Shown here in pieces: positions 25,501 to 32,000 of a DNA stretch of 32,000 nt (positions within the stretch are counted from its first letter, which is position 1; the number at the start of each line of letters is the position of its first letter). Under the pieces are notes generated by a model. The model made no database searches. It saw only the letters and a program-made list of their open reading frames with translations, and was not told where the DNA came from. A program made the translations under genes and the position numbers. The DNA comes from Gemmata obscuriglobus (GTDB taxonomy: Bacteria; Planctomycetota; Planctomycetia; Gemmatales; Gemmataceae): contig NZ_CP042911.1 in the NCBI RefSeq assembly GCF_008065095.1, positions 570,001 to 602,000 of the forward strand, read 5' to 3'.

Positions 25501-25920
25501 CTACTCGGCCTGCTTCTGTGGCTCCACCCGCTTCCAGAACAGTTCGCGGCCGGCGGCGTAGACCTCGCTGGACCGGAAGTCGAACACCTGGGCGGTTTCG
25601 CCCGCTTCGAGCCCGATCGAATCGAAGGTGACGTAGAACAGCCCGTTGTGGTAGCCGATGCGGGCGTCGGTGATCTTGAGCTTGGGCTGCTGCGGGCGCA
25701 TCTGGAACCGGAACTCGTCGGCGCCGCTCACGCGGATGATGAGGCTGACGTGTTTCGGCTCCGCGCCCAGGTCCGTGATCGACTCGCGGACGCGCACGCG
25801 GAACTCGACCGCGACCTCCCGGCCCCGCCCGTGAACGATCCGCACCGCACGGAGCTGACCGCCGACGAACCGGTGACTGCGTAGGAACTTCGTGACCTCG
25901 TGCGGCTGTAGGCGGTTCAT
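25501..25920 (-). CDS. hypothetical protein (139 aa)
   Basis: ORF with balanced amino-acid composition, lying 62 nt downstream of and co-directional with the Dabb gene. No domain recognised. Confidence 0.5.
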   Translation of the reverse strand: MNRLQPHEVTKFLRSHRFVGGQLRAVRIVHGRGREVAVEFRVRVRESITDLGAEPKHVSLIIRVSGADEFRFQMRPQQPKLKITDARIGYHNGLFYVTFDSIGLEAGETAQVFDFRSSEVYAAGRELFWKRVEPQKQAE

Positions 25921-25982
25921 GAGCGTCTCTTATGGGGCGAGCGGCTCCCGCCGCCGCCGTTCACTCGGCACAGCGGGCGGAG

Positions 25983-26297
25983 TCACACATACGAGTCGAA
26001 CACGCGGACCCCGGCCCAGGTCGGTTTGTTCTCGTCGATGAACTTCTTGTGCGTCGGGTCGTCCTGGTAGGCGTCGTGGGCCGCTTTATCGACGAACACG
26101 AGGTGCAGCCCCACGTGCCAGTCGCGGTCGTTCACCTCGCGGTCCAGTTCGGCACACAGCGGCCCGGCGGCGAAGAACACGATCCCGGGCTGCACGTTCA
26201 GGTACTTCTTGCACGCGTCAACCAGTTCCTGCACCTTCGCGGGCGTCGCGTCCTTCAGCTTGAAGAACACGTTGTGGGCCAGACGGTCCTTGGACAT
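25983..26297 (-). CDS. Dabb (stress-responsive alpha/beta barrel) family protein
   Basis: 104 aa from ATG 26297, with GGAGAC upstream. MSKDRLAHNVFFKLKD ... HVGLHLVFVDKAAHDAYQDDPTHKKFI fits the Dabb pattern. The remainder of the 617-aa ORF upstream looks like a high-GC artefact. Confidence 0.75.
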   Translation of the reverse strand: MSKDRLAHNVFFKLKDATPAKVQELVDACKKYLNVQPGIVFFAAGPLCAELDREVNDRDWHVGLHLVFVDKAAHDAYQDDPTHKKFIDENKPTWAGVRVFDSYV

Positions 26298-26369
26298 CGG
26301 GAGAGTCTCCGCGGTTCGCGTACAACAACGGTGTTGAGATACGCGCCCCCTCCCTCGTGTCAACGCCCG

Positions 26370-27083
26370 ATGAAGCTGCTCGATTATACGCACCCGGCCC
26401 CTGCGACGAACCTCGCCCTCGACGAATCGCTGCTGCTCGTAGCCGAAGAAGGCACCGGCGGGGAGGTGCTGCGCCTCTGGGAACTCCCCTCCTACGCCGT
26501 GGTCGTCGGGTCGGGCGGATCGGTCCCGATCGACGTGAACCGCGAGGCCTGCGCCGCCGACGGGGTGCCCGTGTTGCGCCGGGCCAGCGGCGGCGGAACG
26601 GTGCTCCTCGGGCCGGGGTGCCTGTGTTTCTCCGTGGTGCTGGGCTACACCCACGCGCCCGGGCTGGGTGACATTCCGGCCTCGAACCGGTACGTCCTGG
26701 GGCGTGTGTTGAACGCGCTCAAGTCGGTGGCACCGGCCGCGGTGGAAGGTTCCAGCGATCTGACCGTTGGCGGCGTGAAGTTCTCCGGCAACGCCCAGCA
26801 GCGGAAGCGCAACTTCTTCTTGCACCACGGCACGCTGCTTTGCGGCTTCGATCTGGGGCTGGTGCCGAAGTACCTGAACCCGCCGGAGCGCCAGCCGGAG
26901 TACCGGCGCGACCGCCCGCACGCGGAGTTCGTCCGGAACCTGCCCGCCGGTGTTGCCGAGGTCAAACGGTTGCTCGTGGAAGCGTGGGCACCGGACGGGG
27001 AATACGCTCCGGTGCCGCTGGCCCGGGCGGAAGAACTTGTCGCGGATAAGTACGCCCGCGACGAGTGGACGCTGCGGCGGTGA
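26370..27083 (+). CDS. biotin/lipoate A/B protein ligase family protein (LplA/LipM-like catalytic domain only)
   Basis: From ATG 26370: NLALDESLL, LRLWELPSYAVVVG, VLRRASGGGTVLLGPG, and VKFSGNAQQRKRNFFLHHGTLL containing the conserved Lys. Confidence 0.75.
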   Translation: MKLLDYTHPAPATNLALDESLLLVAEEGTGGEVLRLWELPSYAVVVGSGGSVPIDVNREACAADGVPVLRRASGGGTVLLGPGCLCFSVVLGYTHAPGLGDIPASNRYVLGRVLNALKSVAPAAVEGSSDLTVGGVKFSGNAQQRKRNFFLHHGTLLCGFDLGLVPKYLNPPERQPEYRRDRPHAEFVRNLPAGVAEVKRLLVEAWAPDGEYAPVPLARAEELVADKYARDEWTLRR

Positions 27084-27669
27084 AGGGGCCCCGGCGTGAC
27101 GCGCCCGCTCGGGCTCCCGCGTCCTCCCGTTCGTTGGCGTCGTCGCCCGGATGTTCCGCACATCAGGCATTGTTCCCCCGTCTTTTCGCCATGCCGCACT
27201 TTCTGAAGTCCAAATCGCGCCCTGTGCGGCGACCAATACCGGGAAGTTCGCTCGCGCGGGCCAAACACGTGCATAGGGCGAATCAGTCGCAAGTGCAACT
27301 GTGTCAATCTGTTGCGACGTAGTGACCGCGCAGCGACGGCATTTCTCTTTACCTGTCCGGCCGCGGAGTGTGGGGCTTGAGCCGGCTTTTCGTGGGTAGC
27401 GACTACCCAGCGAATCGCCAACTCGTGACCAGTAGTTAGGTAGCGAATGTCCCGTCGGCGCCCCAACGGGGCACCCAGGTGCGGTACGGGAGCCCCATTG
27501 CGGCGCCGGACCAGCAAGGAACGACGAGACCGTCCGGGCGGTGCCCGGAAACGGCCCGCGGAGGAGGGCGACGATCGGCGGGTCAATCTCGTGCATCAAA
27601 CGGCAGATGGCACCGCACGCGCCGCGCAACCCCGAGCCGGTGCCGGGGCGCGATGGCCTCACTCCTACC

Positions 27670-30600
27670 TCAACGATCGCCGGCGGAACGGGCGAGCCGG
27701 TCCCGTGCCGCCCGGGCGTCTCGGGTGAGCCGGGCTTGCGGGGCGCCGCGGGCGAGTGACTCCAACACCGTAACGGCCTCCGGTGTGCCGATCCGCTCCA
27801 GCACCTCGACCGCCCGCACGCCCCGTAATCGGTCACCGGACAGGACGGCGAGTTTCGTCAGCAACTCGTCGCACCGCCGGGCCGCTTCGGGCGACGCCCC
27901 CTTGCGGGCGCTCTTCACCGCCGCTTCGACCGACTCGCCCAGACGCCCCAGCTCTTGCGACGCCTTCTCCCGGGCGGCGAACTCCTCCGAGTTGAGATCC
28001 CGCACGAGTTGCGCGAGGAGCCGCACATCCGGTTCTGGGGCCGGTCGCACGCGCTCCCGCACGGCCGGGACCGTGACCGCCGGCGCGGCCGTGAGGCGCG
28101 CCAGCGCGGCGTGCGCCTTGCCGGCGTCAGTGGCGGCAAGGTCCGCCCACAGTGCGTCCCACTCCGACGGCCCGAGGCGCAGCGCGGGGCGGGGGCGGCG
28201 GGTGAGGTCGAGCACGTCCCAGAAGAGCACCGTCGAGTCGTTGCCCGCGGAGATCAGCCTGCGCCCGTCCGGGGTGAAGACCAGCGCGTTCACCTGGCCC
28301 CGGTGCCCCTTTAACCGCTTCAGTTCTGTGGCCGTTTCGACGTTCCACACCCGGATGGTGTGGTCCCAGCCGGCCGAGGCCAGCGTCCGCCCGTCGGCCG
28401 AGAAGGCGACGGCAGACGTCGGGCCGTCGTGCCCCCTGAGCAAACAGCGCTCGCGCCCCGTGGCCATCTCCCACACGGGGATGCCTTCCTCCGAGCGGTT
28501 CATTGCCAGCAACCGCCCGTCCGGTGAGAAGGCGACGCGCGGTTCCGGGATCTGGCCAATGAATCGTCTTTTCGTCTTCCCGAGTGATCGGTTAATCATC
28601 TGTTGTAAACGGCTCTGATCCTGGGCACCGGACATGTCCAGCACGCAGACCGCGCCGTCTCGCTCGAGAACAGCCCCCGACGTTACAAGCAGCGTTCCGT
28701 CCGGCGAGAAGGCAACGCTCCCGGGCATGTCATATATTTCGTCCTTGTAGCAGTGTTCTCGTATCTGCCTTCCGGTCGCCGTTTCCCACAAGCGGACGAC
28801 GGGGTACCGATCCGACCCGTTGAGCTCGCGGCCGGCCGTCTCGTTGAGCTCGCGGCCGGCCGTTGCAATCACTTTTCCGTCTGGCGAGAACGCAACGCAG
28901 TCGAACGCAACCCACTTAAGGTTCTCCTTTTGTGGATCAACCTTTACTTGGCTCAGGAGCCGCCGGCCGGTTACGTCCCACACGTTCAGCCCGTTCATGT
29001 CATTACCGCCGGCGAGAGTCTTGCCGTCCGGCGCGAAGGTAAACGACCAGTGGTGCCCCGGCAACGTCCCGATTTCCCGTTCCGCTGTCAGATCCCAGAG
29101 GGTGATGTCACGGGCGGAGAACGCGAGCGTCTTGCCGTCGGGTGAGACGGCCATGTGCCTGACCGGCCCGGGCAGGCCCGTCGGGGACTTCTCCGCGCCG
29201 GTGGCCGGGTCCCACAGCCGGATGACGCCGTGGCTGCCCCCGCAAATCAAGGTTTTGCCGTCGGCGGTGAAGGCGAGGCTCTCGGCCATCCCCACGGCCC
29301 CGTTCATCTGCATCTGCCGGAGTTCCTTCCCCGTCGCCGGGTCCCACAGCCGAACGGCAACCACCTGCGTTTCGTCATCGAGATCGCCTGTGGCGAGGGA
29401 TTTCCCGTCGGGCGACCACGCCAGTGATCGCACGTACTTGTTCGGGCTGTGCAGCTCCCGAATCGGCTTGCCGGTGGTCACGTCCCAGAGCGAGGCGGCG
29501 CCTTCCTGAGCACCAACGGCCAGCGTCTTGCCGTCCGGTGAGAAGGCAAACTCGCGCGCGAACACCGCGCAGCGAATTTGCTGGCGCTCCTTTCCTGTCG
29601 CCACGTCGAACAACCGGATCAACGTGTCGATTGTGTCTCCGGTGGCCAGCGTTTTGCCGTCGGGGCTGAAAACCAGATTGGAAACCTGGTTCTGCTCGGC
29701 CTGGAGTTGGCTCTGCACTTTGCCGCCGGCCAGATCCCAGAGAAGGACCGTGTTGCACCCGTGTCCGGAGGCCAGCACTTTTCCGTCGGGCGAAAACGCC
29801 AGTCCGTCGGTGCCACCGATCGAACTCGACAAATTTCGCACCTCCTTGCCAGAAGTCAGGTCGTAAAAGCGGATCACCTTGTCCTGCCCTAGCGCCAGGG
29901 TTTTGCCGTCGGGCGAGAGGGCAACGGCTCGGTTCTCCTTGTAGTGACCGGGGAACTGGTGGAGCAACCGACCCGTCGCGAGTTCCCAAACGAGTACGGA
30001 AGCATCGCCGTAGTAGTTCTTCGACACGAGCATCTTGCCGTCGGGGGTGGGTAGTACGCGGTTGACGCTCCCCCCGCCGTGGCGGAACCGCTGGGTGCCG
30101 ATGCGGGCCACGGCCCCTTCCGGGAGCGGGTCGCCGTGACGGTCGGTGCGCTCCGGGTTCCGAACCGGCTCCTCGGGCGCGAGCGCCGCGACGGGCGACC
30201 GCACCGGCGAATCGCCCGCGGGCGGTTGGTCGGCGGTCGTCGCCGCTCCGACCACCAGACCGGCGGCGAGGAGCGTCAGGACCAGCGCGCCCGTCACCAG
30301 ACCGGGCCGGTTGACGCCGCCGCGGCCGATCAGCGTCAGGACGCGGTGCGACACCCCCGCGCTCGCGCCTCGTGCCAACATCCCCGCGGCCCGAACCGTG
30401 GACCGCGCCAGGGCCGCCGGCACGCCGCCGCGCCCCGTCCCCTGTGTGACCGCCACCGCGGTGAGAAGTGCGGAGAGCGTGATGCCCCGGCGGGCCAGCC
30501 GCCGGCGGAGGAGGTTGCGAGCTTCCGCCAGCCGGCTCGAAACGGTCCCCTCTTTTTCCCCCAGTTGGCGCGCGACCTCGGCCCGGCTCTCGCCTTCCAG

Positions 30601-31077
30601 GCAACACGGTACGAACACGGCGCGGTACTTCTCCGGGAGGCGTTGAACCTCTTCGTCGAGAGCCGACTGCACCTCGCGCCAGGCGAACTCTTCGCCGGGT
30701 GCGGTTACGGGCGCGAGGCGGGCACGCTCCTCGTGCGCGCGGCGCCGGGCCGCGGCCCGCCGGGCGCTGGCGGCCGTGCGGCAGGCGACGCCGTGGAGCC
30801 AGCTTGCCAGGGCCTCGCCCTTCCGGACCGCGGCCGCGCGGCGAGCCAGCGTCAGGAACGTCGCCTGGAAGGCGTCTTCCGCGTCCTGTTCGTGGCGCAG
30901 CACCCGGCGGCACACGCGGAGCACCATCGGCCCGTGGCGCTGGACCAGGGTCGTGAAGGCCGCCTCGTCGCAGTGGGCGGCGAAACCGCTCAGGAGTTCG
31001 GCGTCGGTGGCGGATGCGCCGCGGGCGGAATCCAGCCCGCGGACGTGTCCCAGGAGGGAGCTGAGGGGGGCGCTCAT
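27670..31077 (-). CDS. ECF sigma-70 factor fused to a TM helix, a large WD40 array and a helical C-terminal domain
   Basis: From ATG 31077. Region 2: LVQRHGPMVLRVCRRVL ... DAEDAFQATFLTLARRA. Region 4: LEGESRAEVARQLGEKEGTVSSRLAEARNLLRRRL. TM helix LVTGALVLTLLAAGLVVGAATTA. Many SPDGKTLA...WD-type repeats follow. Confidence 0.85.
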   Translation of the reverse strand: MSAPLSSLLGHVRGLDSARGASATDAELLSGFAAHCDEAAFTTLVQRHGPMVLRVCRRVLRHEQDAEDAFQATFLTLARRAAAVRKGEALASWLHGVACRTAASARRAAARRRAHEERARLAPVTAPGEEFAWREVQSALDEEVQRLPEKYRAVFVPCCLEGESRAEVARQLGEKEGTVSSRLAEARNLLRRRLARRGITLSALLTAVAVTQGTGRGGVPAALARSTVRAAGMLARGASAGVSHRVLTLIGRGGVNRPGLVTGALVLTLLAAGLVVGAATTADQPPAGDSPVRSPVAALAPEEPVRNPERTDRHGDPLPEGAVARIGTQRFRHGGGSVNRVLPTPDGKMLVSKNYYGDASVLVWELATGRLLHQFPGHYKENRAVALSPDGKTLALGQDKVIRFYDLTSGKEVRNLSSSIGGTDGLAFSPDGKVLASGHGCNTVLLWDLAGGKVQSQLQAEQNQVSNLVFSPDGKTLATGDTIDTLIRLFDVATGKERQQIRCAVFAREFAFSPDGKTLAVGAQEGAASLWDVTTGKPIRELHSPNKYVRSLAWSPDGKSLATGDLDDETQVVAVRLWDPATGKELRQMQMNGAVGMAESLAFTADGKTLICGGSHGVIRLWDPATGAEKSPTGLPGPVRHMAVSPDGKTLAFSARDITLWDLTAEREIGTLPGHHWSFTFAPDGKTLAGGNDMNGLNVWDVTGRRLLSQVKVDPQKENLKWVAFDCVAFSPDGKVIATAGRELNETAGRELNGSDRYPVVRLWETATGRQIREHCYKDEIYDMPGSVAFSPDGTLLVTSGAVLERDGAVCVLDMSGAQDQSRLQQMINRSLGKTKRRFIGQIPEPRVAFSPDGRLLAMNRSEEGIPVWEMATGRERCLLRGHDGPTSAVAFSADGRTLASAGWDHTIRVWNVETATELKRLKGHRGQVNALVFTPDGRRLISAGNDSTVLFWDVLDLTRRPRPALRLGPSEWDALWADLAATDAGKAHAALARLTAAPAVTVPAVRERVRPAPEPDVRLLAQLVRDLNSEEFAAREKASQELGRLGESVEAAVKSARKGASPEAARRCDELLTKLAVLSGDRLRGVRAVEVLERIGTPEAVTVLESLARGAPQARLTRDARAARDRLARSAGDR
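28819..28863 (-). repeat. in-frame 24-nt tandem duplication inside the WD40 region (TAGRELNE/TAGRELNG)
   Basis: gttgagctcgcggccggccgt occurs at 28819-28839 and again at 28843-28863. Confidence 0.85.
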
Positions 31078-31154
31078 CGGTCGGCCTGCCGGGGTGAGTG
31101 GGCAACTCAGTGTAGTTGCCGGCCGGCCCGTTTCCGTCGGTCGATTTAGCGGGA

Positions 31155-31188
31155 CGACCTCGCGTCCGTTTCGGCGGGCGCGAGGTCG
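31155..31188 (-). terminator. hairpin downstream of the flotillin gene
   Basis: cgacctcgcg (31155-31164) and cgcgaggtcg (31179-31188) form a 10-bp stem with a 14-nt loop, 20 nt beyond the stop at 31209. No clear U-tail. Confidence 0.4.
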
Positions 31189-31208
31189 CGGCTCGGAGCC
31201 GGGGGGCG

Positions 31209-32000
31209 TTACACGGCGTGCGTGCCGTTCGCGCTCGGTTTCGGCTCGGTCGAGGTGTCGCCCGTGAGCCGGGCGAAGTACTCGGGCAACTCCACCCCGC
31301 CGATGTCCTTCATCACCTGCATCATCGGCGGCATCATCTTGGCCATGTCTTTGAGGAACCCGGCGGTGTTCGAGGTGCCGGTGCCGTTCCCGCCGCCCTC
31401 CCACACCACCACCTTGTCGAACTTCACGTTCGAGATGGCCTTCGCGCTGGCCTCCGCGAGCGCGTCCATGTGCTCCAGCATGAGCAACTGGAATGCCGCC
31501 TGCGGGCTGCCGCACGCCTCAATGATCTTCTTGAGCCCCTCGCCCTTCTTCGCCAGGATCTCGAACTGCCCGCGGGCCTCGGCTTCGAGCTTGGCGTAGA
31601 TCGTCGCGGCCTGCGCCTCGGCCTCGAGCTTCACCCGCTCCGCGGCGGCCTCGGCGTCCACGATCATCTTCGCCTTTTGGGCCTTCGCGGGGGCCTCGAG
31701 CGCGGCCCGCTGCTCCGCCTCCACCTTCTCGGCCTGCGCCAGCGCGGCCCGCGCCAGCGCCCGGTTCTGCGCTTCGAGGACCGCGGCCTCGGCCTCGCGC
31801 TTTTTGGTCTCGGCGAGCTGGTACGCCTCCGCGTTGCGGACCGCGAGCGTGGCCTGCGCCCCGGCCACGTCCGCCTGCGCGACGGCCTCGCCGGTCACCG
31901 CCTTCGCGTTGGCCTCGGCCAGCCGCACCCGCTTGTCGCGCTCGGCCTCGGCGATCCGGGCCTCCCGCTCGAACACCGCCTGCTGCTCGCCGACCCGCTG
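31209..32000 (-). CDS. flotillin / SPFH-family protein, C-terminal part (5' end outside the window)
   Basis: Ala/Glu-rich flotillin-type coiled region (AEAERDKRVRLAEANAKA ... KAQKAKMIVDAEAAAERVKLEAEAQA). The conserved tail is ILAKKGEGLKKIIEACG ... LMLEHMDALAEASAKAISNVKFDKVVVW. The frame remains open to base 32000. Confidence 0.8.
   Translation of the reverse strand, partial: QRVGEQQAVFEREARIAEAERDKRVRLAEANAKAVTGEAVAQADVAGAQATLAVRNAEAYQLAETKKREAEAAVLEAQNRALARAALAQAEKVEAEQRAALEAPAKAQKAKMIVDAEAAAERVKLEAEAQAATIYAKLEAEARGQFEILAKKGEGLKKIIEACGSPQAAFQLLMLEHMDALAEASAKAISNVKFDKVVVWEGGGNGTGTSNTAGFLKDMAKMMPPMMQVMKDIGGVELPEYFARLTGDTSTEPKPSANGTHAV

Noticed and set aside
27372-27410. tmRNA-like 5' end: GGGGCTTGAGCCGGCTTTTCGTGGGTAGCGACTACCC resembles GGGGCUGAUUCUGGAUUCGACGGGAUUUGCGAAACCC.
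   Set aside because: Within 400 nt downstream there is no complementary 3' acceptor strand, T-arm (GGTTCGA-type) or CCA end. There is also no sensible tag reading frame, since GCC AAC TCG TGA stops after three codons.
27506-27537. Possible SRP RNA helix-8-like hairpin (ccggac cagcaaggaacgacgagac c gtccgg).
   Set aside because: It lacks the conserved GGAA tetraloop and the flanking AGCA/GGAAGCAGC symmetric-loop motifs in the right order. RNase P hallmarks (GGAAAGTCCGG, ACAGAACCCGGCTTA) were also not found anywhere in the gap.
25983-27836. 617-aa minus-strand ORF spanning the Dabb gene, the LplA-like gene region and the 586-bp gap.
   Set aside because: Only the last 104 codons (from ATG 26297) look like a real protein (Dabb). 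The upstream part is antisense to a well-supported ligase gene and has Arg/Pro-rich junk composition.

Overview
High-GC window: hand counts of sampled 60-nt lines give about 70% GC. The gene content suggests Planctomycetota, probably a Gemmata-like genome (inference). Supporting genes are a DUF1549/DUF1553 protein, a DUF1080 protein, a Cys-type sulfatase, an ECF sigma factor fused to a TM segment and WD40 repeats, a 1500-aa VWA protein and a PD40 propeller. I support about 21 CDSs. They are DUF362, a secreted hypothetical, a two-gene low-GC insert, a PD40/TolB-like propeller, a small HNH protein, an OPT transporter, a coiled-coil protein, the giant VWA protein and HflX. The rest are a membrane-anchored hypothetical, DUF1080, DUF1549/1553, a sulfatase, an alpha/beta hydrolase, a small hypothetical, a Dabb protein, an LplA/LipM-like ligase, the ECF-WD40 fusion and a partial flotillin. 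There are also several strong GC hairpins that look like terminators. I found no rRNA, convincing tRNA, CRISPR array, transposase or integrase. The best candidate for an undescribed system is the ~2.8 kb low-GC insert at 2148-4925. It carries a translationally coupled pair: a small protein with no recognisable family and a 489-aa helical-repeat (TPR-like) protein, ending in a strongly AT-rich tract. Secondary curiosities are a hairpin-rich leader with alternative pairing upstream of the OPT transporter and an FG/Gly-Asn-Gln low-complexity segment inside the giant VWA protein. Others are a nested 21-bp perfect inverted repeat in a low-GC intergenic region, four ACAGGA motifs packed right after a stop codon, and a 586-bp gene-free gap. 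Two independent in-frame 24-nt tandem duplications were also seen. All functional calls come from motif recognition by eye; no database search was possible.
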